DNA from: Vicugna vicugna
Lineage: Eukaryota
Direction: 5' to 3'
DNA length: 64,000 nt
Assembly (NCBI GenBank): GCA_013265495.1
Contig: MU058669.1
Span: forward strand, 1,038,234 to 1,102,233
Part shown: positions 24,876 through 37,930 of the stretch, piece after piece
Layout of the letters: the number at the start of each line of letters is the position of its first letter
Numbering within the stretch: the stretch's first letter is position 1
Notes under the pieces: generated by a model
Databases searched by the model: none
Seen by the model: the letters and a program-made list of their open reading frames with translations, nothing else
What the model was told of the DNA's origin: nothing
Made by a program: the position numbers and the translations under genes

Positions 24876-27800
24876 TTTTTCTTAATACTCAAGAACTCTT
24901 GGGGAACGTTCTTCCACCTGTGATGGAAATCAGGGAGAAATCTGCTCACTCTTTAGTGCTAATTCAGTGCTTCTTTTTTGAGGTCTGCTGCCTTCACTCT
25001 CACTCCTGCAAATGAGAAACAGAAGTTTCCACCCCTGAGTGTCCTTAACACTTGACAACCACAGCCCCGCCACGGACTGTGTGAAATCATGTCACAGATG
25101 GTCGTCTCTTTTGGTGCTTCTTGAGGGCAGGGTGCAGCCTTTCAATCCTAGTCCTGGTTCCCATGAGCCCGAAAGAACTAAGTCTGTGGACTCGGGAGTC
25201 AGACCAGCCAGACGGTACTCTTTCCCACCTTGATGATTCTTGTGTAAATTATTGTCAAAGTGTAATTTTCTAAAAACAAGAAACCATGATCTTTGTACAA
25301 ATACATAATGAGCACACATTAGAGATTTAATATCTTGTTAAAGAAGGGATCAGCAGGATGATAAAGCTCAGTCAAAGAGGGATCTGAGAACTGGCATCTA
25401 GTCACTGAAAAGCAAAAACACTGAAATAAGATGGCTAAGTTAGATACAAAGGTGGTTCAAACCGTCCAGGGCAAAAAAAAAAAAATTAACTTTTGGGGTT
25501 ATCTTTTCTACTGGACAGAAATCATTTGCTCTCTGCTAGCCAAAAGTCGTTAGTAACTTGTTCATCTTCTACAAATTAGCATCTAACATGAAAGAGTCTG
25601 GGGCCTAATTAGCGATGAATCAAAGTGTATTCCCCTTAAGAATCAGAGAAAGCACGGTAAGGTAGGCCCGTTAGACAATGCTCCAGTATAGAAAAGACAT
25701 GGGGTCACCTTTTCCCCTCATTTCCAAGTTTTGAGTAATTTTTAATCCTTATTGATCTCTCTAGGTTTCAGCTATTTTATTTGTAAAAAGGAGATAACAG
25801 TACTTTAGGTCCCAGAGCTAATTTTGTGGTGAAATGAGACAAGGTATATGAGGCACCCAGCACACTGTCTGCTGTATTAGGTGTATTCAGTGTTGGCACA
25901 GGGCTGGTCACATGATAAGGTCCAGGCTTTGGCAGGAAAATGACAATTTGAGCGTCTACGGTGTGTCAGATATGATGCTGTGTGCTTTGCAGGTGCTCAC
26001 GTTCAGTCTGTTTACCATCAGGACAAGCCTGTCAGGTGGGCATTACTTAGTTCCAGTCTGTGTGCAAGGAAACTTGGATTACCAGGAGTTCAGTCACTCG
26101 CCTGAAGGTCTCAGAACTAAAGAGTACAGAGTAGGGCTGTGATTCCAAAGCTTCTTTCCATCAATGTTGCTGCCTCTTTAAAAGAAAAAAAAAAGAAAAA
26201 GAAAAACCACAACACAAAGATTTTCAACAGCCTTTGTGTTGAACTCAAATTTGATTTGGATGCATTTATTCATTTTCCTGTTATTCATCCAGATTTTGTT
26301 CTTCCCCTCTCCCCACCCTCTCCCACCCCTAAGCCAAAACGGTTTTTTTTTCCCACCCCACCATTCACTTAGCACTTCAAAGTGGGAAGGATATGCCTGG
26401 GAGTGAAACGTGCTGGCGAAATGACACTCCATTTTCCAGAAGCCCTAACAAAGCCTTTTGATTTGAATGTCAGTGCTGTGAGTATGATTAAATGGAAGAT
26501 TCGCTTTTACATTCCCCAGCTGCAAAATAAGTTGTACAGTTCAATTAGTTTGCCATGTGGCTAAGGATACATTCCCTAAAAGTTGCTATGGTGACACGAC
26601 TAATAAGAGTGGTGTGGAGACTGGGGTTGGAGCCCAGTGAATTTCCAAGGACTGAAGCCGGAAAGGTTACAGGTTGGAAGGATGATGCAATTGATTTTTC
26701 TTTAGAGTCCCCTGGAAATACTGTGTTTCCATTACAGCCGTGATGCCCAGGCTCTCCATACTGACATGTAAAAATCCATCTTTCCTTCTTGGAGGAAGAT
26801 ACAGCCACAGGCAGGGCTTTTGGTCAGTGTCTCTTATGCTCTCCCTCTCTGCTCTGTCTTAAATCATTTGCTGTCCTGTGACATGAATTGGGACCTGGAC
26901 AGAATAATCTAGGGAAAATGTCAAAGCCTTATAATTGATCTATAATGGCCTTAGGACCCAGCCCTCTCTTTTTGGGTGTCTCTTGCTGCTAACGAGGAGA
27001 TCTCCTTTGGTCCTTGCCCTGTTGATAGCACGCTCCCCCTGCCCCGTTAGGGATTTGCGCAGACACCTGAGTGAAGCCAGGGAGCAAGACTTGTGAACAT
27101 CTACGGGAAACATGTTTCCTGTTTATTTCCTTCAGGGTAGTTTTCAGAAAATGTCATCATTCATTTTATTTTCTATTTCCTGTCTCCTTTCACTGAGCTC
27201 TAGATCCAGGGTGACAGGGACCATATTTATTAGTTTACTGCTGTACTTGCTGTATGGTACCCAGCCTAGAGTTTGGTGGTGGTAGATGTTCACTCAGTAC
27301 TTGGTCATGGAATGAATGACTGTGTCTGAATGTGAATCCTGACTCCTGCTGGATATTTGGGAAGGTCACTTTATTTTTGCTAGACATTCATTCCCTCCTT
27401 TGCAAACTAGAGTTGCCTAGCTTCCTCTGCGTACCTCTGAGGTGGTGGCAGGAAAGAGTTAGTAATGGATGTGGTGGAGCTTTTTAAATGGTAAAGGTTA
27501 AAGGGCTTTGTAGAAATTAAAAGGGCTTTTTGGTTGGGATGGATGGTGACTTTTGGATGTGGGAGTATGTAGAGTGATCACAGAGCCACATAAGATCTTC
27601 TCTTGCAGAACTGCCGTGAAGGCTTGTGCAGCGTGAGGTTATAAATATACTCATTACCGTGGCCCCAGAGAGCCACACTGGCATGATGTTCCCTTAATCT
27701 CTTTTGCAGGAGCATCCCAAGAATTCATTAAGGTTGGTAGAGTGATTTGATAACCTCGGACAATAGGTGTGACAGGAGTGTAAACTTCTATTATTAAAAC

Positions 27801-30177
27801 ATGAATTGGGTTGTTTTCTGGATGACTTAAGCAAGCCAGGGGGTGAAGACCATTTCAGAAGGTGCTCTGCGATGCCTGGTGTAGAATGAATGTTGAATTT
27901 GGCTGTTTCCCATCCGCCTTTTTCTGCAGGAAGGTACGGCACAGGCTGTGCAGGGAGGCAGGTGGAAAGCGGTACTGACAGTGAGGAAAGCAGGGTTCCG
28001 ATCTGACAGGCTGCTAGCTGGGGAGCATTGGACGGAGCACACACCCTGTTGAGGTCTCTGTTCCCTCCTGGGACAATAGAAACACTTTCAAGTCTATCCC
28101 ACAGAACCAGATTTACAAGCTATCAGTTAGAATGACATGGGAACAATGAAGGAGATTCTTTGGTCCAATAAGACAGACAGACTTTGGGTTTAAAATTAAA
28201 CAAGTTTGCCTTAGGACCACACTTGTGAAAGCTTTTAATAAGTTCCTGTCTATCTTGTGGGGGAAGAGGTGATGAAAGGCAGATGTATTATGTTTTTTAA
28301 AATTATTTTATTACGGATTGATTTTTTTTTTTTTTGCTGTCAACATCTCGACAAGTAGTATTCTTTGACTACTTTGGGAAATTTCAGACCTAAAAATGGT
28401 GTCTTAGGTGGCCGTCTATGTACAAGAGTTGATCAGGGCAACCTCCCAAGACATTGCCATGATTTCAACGAGACAGCATTGTTGTACTTAATAGATCAAG
28501 TGTTAAAACACACGCAAGCAAGCAAAGAAACAAGCAACTGCACAGCCCGAACTGTGCCCTGTAGACATCTTCTTTTGAATGTCTTAAAGGCAGTTAAAAT
28601 CAGCCTGTCCAGAGTCTCATTAGCCCCAGACCTCTTCCTGTATTCACTTTCTCAGGAAGTGGCTCCATCCCGGCTAATCTGGGACAGCTGCTTCTCCCTC
28701 GTCCTCAGCTCTAAATCCTCTTAGTCCTATGTGCTTCTCTGAAACCAATCACCTGTCTCCATCTCACTCAAGGTAAATGCCTGCAGACAACCTTTGGTTT
28801 TATGTTTTAGCGCATACATGATCTCATTTAACCCTTGGGGTGGGTATTTATCCCCCGTGACTAGGTAAGCATATCGAGTCATGCCGAGTTTAGGGAACTT
28901 GCCCAAAGTCACACAGCCAGCCTACTCAGAGTTATGCCGAGAGACAGACACATCCCTCCAGTACCCTTTTGAGAACATCATTACTACTTCTCTGAGAGCA
29001 ACTCAAGTCCAAGGTTCCCTATTGTTCACATGTGATTAAAAAAAATTCTACCTTTGCCTACGTTAGAGAGTATAGATATAAGTGTAAAATTCAGGATGGA
29101 GATGGAAAGCACTTTAGAACTGTAAAAATTGCTATCCAGATGCAAGGTCTTATTACTCTACTGGGCTGCAAGATTCAAACAGACCAGGAGAGTACATCTC
29201 AATTGGAATAATCTCGGTGATAACAGCTTCAGACAATCTTTGGAAAGAAGCTCCTGAGAGCTCTGTCCATTTCCTTGAATAAGAACTCAGAAAATTTGTA
29301 AAAGGCAGGCAGCATTAAGCCATTTGAACTGCCTTTCTAGTTTCTCACATGTGTCAATCCAGAAGCCAAGCCCGATTTTAGAGCCTTTAAGCTATTAAAT
29401 AGCGTTTAGCGCATTTTTCTCATTTTATAGATGTGGAAACTGAGGCCTATAGCAACCTCAGTCAAAGTCAAAACCATCAGGCAAGGCACAATTCTATTTC
29501 TCTTTTTCTCACCTACAATTCCTGATCTAGGCTGCTTTCCAGAGGTTTTATTCTGCTCTATATGATGTCTAAATTCCTAAAACTGAGACTAACATTCTTC
29601 TTTAATAGATAAGAAGCCCCTGACAGCCTAAGAGGAGATGGACCTGTGAACCGTTGCCTTGAGGGGAAGGAAAGCTTGGAATGGGGCTGCCAGACACAGC
29701 TTGGCTTTCTGCATATCCTCTGGGCAGTGTGTAATGTGTGCTCCCAAGGGCCTGACAGCCCAAAGCCTGGGTTGTAAGTCAAGGTCTCAGGGAAATAAGG
29801 AGTGAGACACTTTGTTAGCAGCATCTCCTCCACCTGGGATGCCCCACCTCCACCCTCAAATGCTCAAGCTACAAGCCATCCTTCCAGGTATGGACCAAAT
29901 AGCATGTGAAGGTTCTATTTTTCCTCCCCAGCGTTTATAAATTTGTCTTTTTACCTTATAAAAGCAGTACCGCCCTCCATGGAGGTAAGCGATAGGTACG
30001 TTTTTTGGAATGAACCCTGAAAGCCTGCTCACCAGCACCCCAATCCCCTCTTACCACTCTCCCAACTCACCTTCCCTTCAATGTGCATATTTCTAGGTTT
30101 TCTCTGTTGCCTCTTCTTTAGCAGGGAAGGGAGATGCGACCAAAAGGCCTGGAAGGGTCAGACAGTGATAAAAAATA

Positions 30178-30490
30178 TAGTCAGTCTTCTGTATCCACAG
30201 ATTCTTGTATCCATAGAACGCATCGCAAATGTAGATAAAAATATTTGGGGGAAAAAATTCCAGAAAGTTCCAAAAGCAAAACTTGAATTTGCCGCTCATA
30301 GGTGACTATTTACATAGCATTTGCATTGTATTTACAACTATTTACATGCCATTTACATTGTATTAAGTATTGTAAGTAATCTGAAGGTGATTTAAAGTTA
30401 TGGGAGAATATGCTGTAGGTTATATGTGAACACTACACCATTTTGTACAAGGGGATTGAACATCCCATGGACTTTGGTACTGGGGTGGGG
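30178..30490. mobile_element. Tigger3/MER7-type DNA transposon
   Basis: ttccagaaagttccaaaagcaaaacttgaatttgccgc...tatttacatagcatt...ttgaacatcccatggactttggta. Confidence 0.8.
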
Positions 30491-30539
30491 GGAGTTACAC
30501 GCTGTGAATACTGTCCACCAAGTACACCAGATTTGAGAG

Positions 30540-30776
30540 TGCATATCCCCTCTTTGAGGGGCAGCCATGACCCTGTACCACCTGTTGCTGCCGTGTGAGG
30601 CTGTAGACCTCCAACATTGTCAGACGTTTCAATTTAAGACCAGCCCAAAATCCAGGTTTTTTGGGTAAAAACTGTCTTTGAGATGTTGGCCATGAATTCT
30701 AAAATTTTTGAAATGCTGCATAGGCCAGACAAGGCACCAGTAAGCCAGATGCGGCCCATAGATTTCCAGCCTCTGA
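30540..30776. mobile_element. hAT-type MER fragment
   Basis: Terminal region gccagatgcggcccata...cagcctctg resembles hAT MER ends. Confidence 0.45.
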
Positions 30777-33700
30777 TTTATTCATAGATGGATATAAATG
30801 GGGTGTACTTCATGCGTTGTTCTGTGATGTACTTGTCTTCCCCAATTCCACACTGTCGGTAGTTACCTTTCTGGGTCACTATCTGGGTCAACCCCCATAG
30901 ATCATGGCATAAATATGGATGGGTGTAAGTATTCTCTGACATGGATGTATTATAGTTTACCTTGCAGTCATCCTATTGATAAACATATAGGTGTTGATGC
31001 TTTTTCAGTATCATAAAGGGTTTCAACACATCTCTTATTCATGAATTATGCATGTGTGAGGACCCTTCAGGGCAATCACTGGTCACTTTCCGTCCTGACA
31101 CTTGCCATCCTGTCTCATTTCTCCCAGTGGATATAGGGGTCAGGAGCTACCTCTTAATCCTTTGTGTGGTCCCCTCAGTCTTTAACTAAATATGTGACTC
31201 CTGAAAGTATGACTTAGTGAATGAACCAAAAAAATAGGTCATAAAAATAAAACTCATCCAGCTTGATTTTTCCCTTTGATTTTCTGAGTGACTTTTAGGC
31301 CAGCTACTTTCTTGTCCAAGCCTCCATCTCTCCATCTGCAAAATGGGCTTAATTTATTCAACAAATTTTAAATATTTACTAAGTACCTTGTATTAACTGG
31401 ATATTGTGTTAAGGGTGAGGAGTACAGCAGTGACATGGAAGTTATCCTCTCCTGGGTCTGCTCCAAGTTCCCTTGCAGTTCTAATGTTTGACGCTACGAT
31501 ATCCTGCCATGCCTCTCAGCCCCAAGCCCTAAGCAGATTTGAAAATGGAAGTAGTGTCATCTGTCCCAGGAACAAGAGCTGAGGGCCTTCCACTGAACAT
31601 GTATACTGTGGATATTATTAAATGCTGTGTACCTACAACTGCTAAGGGCAGACACCTTCCTAAGCAGGTTTTGCTGTTGGAACATGTTATTCTCCGGGTA
31701 ATTTGCTCTGCTCTATGAAAACTCATTGTGGACTTTCTTTTCAAAGAGCATGGCTTCTATCAGTTAAAGTAGTCATAATTGAAAGGCATCTTCCCTTCTT
31801 TTTTTTCTGGCTGCTGGGGAAGGTAGGGGGTCCTAGCTTTGCCAAATCTTATTCCCCAAGGTCAGAAGGAAGTAAAAATAGGAAAAGTGAAAACAAGTAG
31901 GACTTCATACAATGGGGAATAAAGCAATAAACTCATTAACTGTCAAGTAAGGGCACAGGGGAGTCAGCATCCTGTCATAGAAATAAAATCACACTGAAAA
32001 GGAAGGCAGTACAGTGTGGCAGTTTAAATCTCTGAGTTTTGAACCAGCTGTCCTATTTTTTTTTTTGTAAGTTGGTGATAATGCCACCTAACTCACTGGA
32101 CTATTGAAATTCTCAAAATAAATGTATTATTATCACAGAAGACGCAAAAGGCCTATTGTCTAGTTTTGTTTGTAACTGGACTACAAACATTTACAAATGT
32201 TTGTAAATGTAGCGACCTTGGGAAAAACGTTTTCTTTCTTGAGACTGCTTTTATATAATCTCTGAGCAAAACCTGTCATAGCAACCTCCAAAACCTATAG
32301 TGAGACTCCAAGAAAAAGGGTAGATGAGTACAAAAGCGTTTTATTACCTCAAATAAGAGTTGACAGTTAACCCAATGTGTTGGGTTATACATTAAAGAGA
32401 GTTATAAATTGGAATATTTTCCCAACATGTGAGGTTGTTATCATCCCACAGTTTCATCAGGGCATGAAAATGCAACATCTGGGAACAGAGCACATGACAG
32501 CTTAATTAGATTCACTTTCTGGTCCATTCACTCAGTATTTGAGCATCTACAAGCATCATTTAGATGCTAGGAAATACAACAGTGAGAAAAAGGGGCTAAG
32601 GCTTTGCTCTCACAGAGCTTAGAGTTGAATAGGGGGGGTCATAGCGACTGATTAAATTATCACAAATAATAATCAGAGACTGAAAATCTGCTCTGTCAAC
32701 AGGGAAAAAAAGATAAGAGACCTAATTTCAGTTGAGAATTCTGGATACGTGGAAGGCCCCAGTGTTAAAATGGGGTAAAGATTGCATATATGTGGTTATT
32801 AACCTTTTACTACATCTGTCCTGATCCTGATTTTATTGTATAAGAATTTGCCAGTTACAAAGTGATATATGGGAAGGAGCTCCAGTTTTGCAAGTAGATC
32901 CTATATCACTCATTGTGTGATATGCCAAGACATATTAGTACTTCACAAGTATTAATATTTCCTTCTCGAAAGAATCCTGTTATTTTTTAATATAAATATC
33001 TGTCTTTTAGATAAGGAAACAGAGGTATGGAGGTCACAAGTCCAAGTCATACTTCACGTCTTAACCACAGTGAAATCTTGAGCAGTGACTCAGCCTCATT
33101 CCTCTGCTCTGTGTGATGAGGGTAGGGGTCCCAGACAGTATTTAGAGTTGGCACGAAGATCACATGGAATAATGTATGTGCTTCTGTATACTGAAAAAAA
33201 TGACCATGTACTTATAAGGGGTTATTATGTGGGGTATTCAAGGTATAGAGCCACAGTTTAATGTTGGATACAGCAAAAACACCACACATCCATGTCAGTC
33301 TGTTAATATTTGCAGCACTATATTTTGTTCATGACTTGTACTTTACCAAGCTCCTTTTTTTTTTCTGTATATTTATGTCATGGTAGTCTTGGATCCTCTT
33401 CACCCCATTTTCTGGGATATTTAAAACTGTGTTGGTAATTGGAGAGCACTCAGCGTCATTGATTTTGTGTGTGGAGGGAACTTTTATGGGGAGGGCGTTT
33501 TATGTTACTGCACATCTGATGATTTAATTCCCTCTAAAATACCCCACGTATAACTTTGCCCCATAAAAAATAATGGGGCTAGAATCAAGGTAATGTGCAT
33601 CTATCTAAGAGTGCTGACTGTGGGCAAACCCGAGGCTAGAGGCTAAAGCAACAGTCCCTTCCCTGAAGAGCTGATGACGGCAGAATTAAATCCAGACCTC

Positions 33701-33964
33701 CTTAGAAATGGAACAGAATCAAAACTGATAACATCACTGGTAATGTGATTCATGCCATCACCAGGGATTTTTCTGACATTCTTTCTCTAACAACACAAAG
33801 CCCTTCAAGTCTGACATCCCCTAAATTATCCTGCCTCACCCGTGGGGTTGGTGTAGGGAGAGTAGCATTAGCTAAAAGGTCCCAATAGCAAATTTGCTGA
33901 GAGAGAAAACCAAGGTGGCTTTTCCTGGTTCTCAGTAACTGCTAGTCCCTAGGGCTCTTCTAAC

Positions 33965-34428
33965 AGATCAGAATACATGGTATACAGAGCAATGTCCACA
34001 TCCTAGCCGCTGCATCCTCAGACTTTGTAACCCTAGGTGATGAAAGGGGTTTGCAGATGTGATTAAGTTAAGGCTGTTAAGATGGGAAAATGATCCTGGG
34101 TTATTCTGGTGGGCCCAGTGTAATCACAAGGGTCCCTTTAAGAGGGTCATAGTGACAGAAGGAGAGGTGACAACATAAGCATCATTCAGAGTCTTGCAGC
34201 CCTGAACCAAGTAACGTGGGCAGCCTCTAGCAGCTGGAAAAAGCAAGGAACAGATTCTCTTCTAGAGCCTCCAGAAGGAACATGACTTTGCTAACATCTC
34301 AATTTTCACCCTTTAAGACCTCTTTCAGACCTCTGACCTCCAGCATGGTAGCATCCTAATTTGCATTGTTGTTTTAAGCCACTCAAGGTGTGGTCATACT
34401 GTTGTAGCAGCAGTGGAAAATGAATGCA
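33965..34428 (+). mobile_element. MaLR MLT1D-like solo LTR
   Basis: tttgcagatgtgattaagttaagg...ctggaaaaagcaaggaacagattctcttctagagcctccagaaggaac...gttttaagccact. Confidence 0.9.
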
Positions 34429-34864
34429 TGAGTTCTCTGCCCTTAAACAGTCTGAATTTGAGACAACAGGCAGGTGAGCGCAGGAGAAGCAAAGCCACTA
34501 TTCAGAGAGGTGGAAAAACCTGGTTTAACCTTTACAGCATCCATGGACTGCAGTAGTGCTGTCCTTAGTGTGAGAGGTCTGGCAAGATCTCTGTGTCCCT
34601 CACACGCCTGCATTTCTGCCAACTTGCACACAACAAGCTATCTCTGCTCTGCCAATCAGCTATTCTCCTGGCGTCTTAACTGCTGAAATCAGCAATTTCC
34701 CTCTGTACATGGCACTATTTTATAAGCACTAAGTTTCTCATCAAGGCTTCTCTTGGGTTTCCAGCAGTTCCAACTATCTGTATAGGCAGAAATCTGACCA
34801 TCAAAATTAGGAAGATGACACGGATCCTCTTTAATCTTCTTCATTTGTTTCCCCTCAGGCTTTA

Positions 34865-35460
34865 AGTTTTTTTAAATTTACACAGGCGTTTCTCTTTGTA
34901 CAAAAGTTTTAAATAACACCATACACAGATAAAGCATGAAGCACTTTTCATCTGTGTCACCTCACTCTTTGTGGTACACATCCTGCTGATTTTTTAATCC
35001 TTTTCTGAAACTTGTTGATGCTATGGATCTTCTCGTAAAAATGGCTTACATCCTCTCCATAAAGTGGTGATACCCTAATTAGTTCCCTATTGATGGACAT
35101 GTCAGTTGCCTCTGGTTTTTCACAATGACACATAATCTGCAGTGTAGCCTTAAAAGCACCCTTGTACTCGGCAGACATGCTTCAGTAGGACAGGGGCTGC
35201 AAGTGGGGTTTCTCCATCAAAGGGTTGCAGGTTTTAATGGTAGTTTGCCAACAGGTTTTCCTGGCTTACATTCCCATTAACAGTGTAAGAAAGCACCATT
35301 TCTTTACACCATTAAGAGGATACCTTGGGTATGATTCATCTTTTCACTATTTGCCAATCTGAAATCTGAAGAATGCACTCTGTCTGTTGCTTTTATTTGC
35401 ATTTCCTTGCTTAGTAATGAGCTTGAGCATCTCCACTTATGTACACTGGTTGTTTATTTT
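34865..35460 (-). mobile_element. Ancient L1 (L1ME-type) fragment
   Basis: cctattgatggacatgtcagttg...ttacattcccattaacagtgt...ttgcatttccttgcttagtaatgagcttgagcatct. Confidence 0.7.
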
Positions 35461-36029
35461 TTAATTCCTTTGGAAGCAGGGTCCATTTTCAGTGGGTTCG
35501 GCAATGGAAAAGTAATGACAGGGAGTTGTCAGGCAGTACCAGAGCTGCAAATCAAGACCCTGCACCCCAAGGCTCAGGCTCCAACACCTTCCTGTGGCAT
35601 TTATACCAAGTCAAGAGCACCATGCATACCTGGGAAAGTGCTGGGTCTATTTTAAACCTGCCAGGGAGGGGAAGGGTATCAATTCCATTGGCACCCTTTT
35701 TCTTCTACACTCTGTCTTTTTGTAACCTTTGACATTTGCCTTCTCATTTCCCATTTTGTTTCCTCCTTTGTATAACGAAAAGCCTGGGGAAGGTAATGGA
35801 TCTGGTCTTTTTTGCTTTAAAATTTTTAAGTTCAAAAAGAAATACTTTGATTGAATGAGCACCAGCCTTCTCCAAGAACCAGCCTTCAGCACGATGATCA
35901 AGTCAGCCCACTTGGGCTTTCAGAGTCACTGACAAAGGCTTAGAGATGGTAAACTATTATTCTAGGGAGAGCAGCCCCATGGAGGGAAGACATGTGGACT
36001 GTATGAGGAGCAGAATTATGGCAAGGGAT

Positions 36030-36370
36030 AGAATAATTATGGAACAAACCTGGAGAGGACAGTGAGGCCCAGACCGTAAAGGTCTTTTACACCATGTTAC
36101 AGATCTTGTTCCATTTCCAAAAAGCCAAGAAGAGTTAATGGGTAGGTGGGGGGCTTTAAACGGGGGAGGGGAGGGCGATAATCCTATCTAATTTGCCTTG
36201 CAAGTATATCACTCTGGCTGCAGCACTGAGAATGGATTGATGGCTGACCCAAGTGGATGCTGTGCGACCCATTCGGAGGCTCTTGTCATTAGATAAGGGA
36301 GGGTGGTTGTGGAGACCATAGAGCTGGTGTTGGGAGCAGAGAAAAGTAGAAAGGCTTGGGGGCATTTACC
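36030..36370 (-). mobile_element. L2 fragment
   Basis: tatcactctggctgcagcactgagaatggattg. Confidence 0.7.
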
Positions 36371-37655
36371 CTTCGTGAGTTTCTTAAACTGACGGGGGAG
36401 GCAGGCACGTGAGAAGAGAGCACAGGTTGCCTAGCAGTGTTAAGCAAACATCTGATGACTTCTCTGAACTCTAATCCTCCTTGGGGAAAAGGCTATTATA
36501 TTTCCAGGAATTGGCCCAGGGTGTGTGCACAGCAAATAACAGTTCAGTGAGGGAATGGTCTAGCCAAAAGAAGAATTCAGAACAGCAAGATAGCACTGCC
36601 TGGTGGTGACGTTTCATCAGAGAAGTGAGCCCAATGCTGGTCTTTGAGGGGTGAGAAAAGCACTATCATCTCACCTAATCCAGCCCTGAAAGGCATGCAT
36701 TTGGTGTGTTTAAAAATCAGGCTTGATGAAAGGCTTCCCCAAAGTTATTCACTGAAGAATTGTTGGAGTGAGAGTTGGAACCCCCATCTGTGGGTCTTCT
36801 CTGGACATATTTTTGGAGTCACATAATAGAATATCAGGGTGAGGTTAGTCCACCCCAGGGGAAATGATTTTCAAGCAATTTCTGGAGAGAGAACAAACTC
36901 CAGAGGGGAGATTTGACTTCTTGGATCCTCATGCTGTTCATTTTCCAGTTCCTAGTTTTTAATTACCATTTATTCAAGTGTTACTCCATGCCCCTCAGAT
37001 CACTCTCATTTAACCACCATGACCTAGTTAGCTAGTATGGTTAGCCCTATTTTAGTTTAACAAACTGAGACTTAGAGAGGCTAAGCCATATTCCAAATTG
37101 AATAACGATGTGACAGAATCGTTGTGTGAATCCCTCTCCAACTGCAAAGCCCTCACCCCAGATGGCTACGTGATCTGAATTAAGGTTCAAGGTCGACAGA
37201 CTTAGGAAGAAGGGGTGTAATTATCTTGGCTGTAGTTGGGCTCATGATCTTTGAATCTAAGTGTGTTTGGTTCTTTCGGTTTCTCATAATGACCATAGCG
37301 TGTCGTGTGTGCTCCCCACCCACTGCCAGAGCTCCTCAAGTGCTTCCTTCTCTGTAGAAGGTAACTATCTGTGGTGGTTTTTAAATTCCCATCTCTCTGA
37401 CCTCCTTTGGCAAATTATTTCACATTTTTGTGCTTGAGTTTCAGATTTTGCAAAACGGGGAAAACAGCAAGACAACCCTCATAGAGTTGTTGTGAAGAGT
37501 TAAGCCCCTGGTACAGGGTAGGCATTCAGTACATGTTAGTTACTCCTGCCTCTGGAAGCTGCTCCAGTGGCCTTTATGCAGTTGTTATCCAGAAGATATT
37601 TATTATGATTGTCTTCTAGTGTCAACTGTTCTGCTAAGTATTAAGGACAGAAGGA

Positions 37656-37930
37656 TGTTCTGGTTATCTGTTACTGTATAGCAAACTAGCCCTAAGCTTA
37701 ATGGCTTCAGTGACAACATTGTGTTACGTCTCATGATTTTGTGGGTCAGGAATTTGGGCAGAGCTTAGCTGGGCGATTCTTCTGCTATTCATTTGGCAGC
37801 TGGGTCATTCTGGTGGGTTCAGATTGGTTTCACACCCATACCTGGATCCTTGGTTGGGGCAGCTGGAAGGCTGTGCTCATGGAGACTTCCCTCTCTCTCC
37901 ACATTGTCCCAGGGCCTCCTGCACAGTCTC
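37656..37930 (-). mobile_element. MaLR (MLT1-type) LTR
   Basis: ctaagcttaatggctt...tctcatgattttgtgggtcaggaatttgggcagagcttagctggg. Confidence 0.8.
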
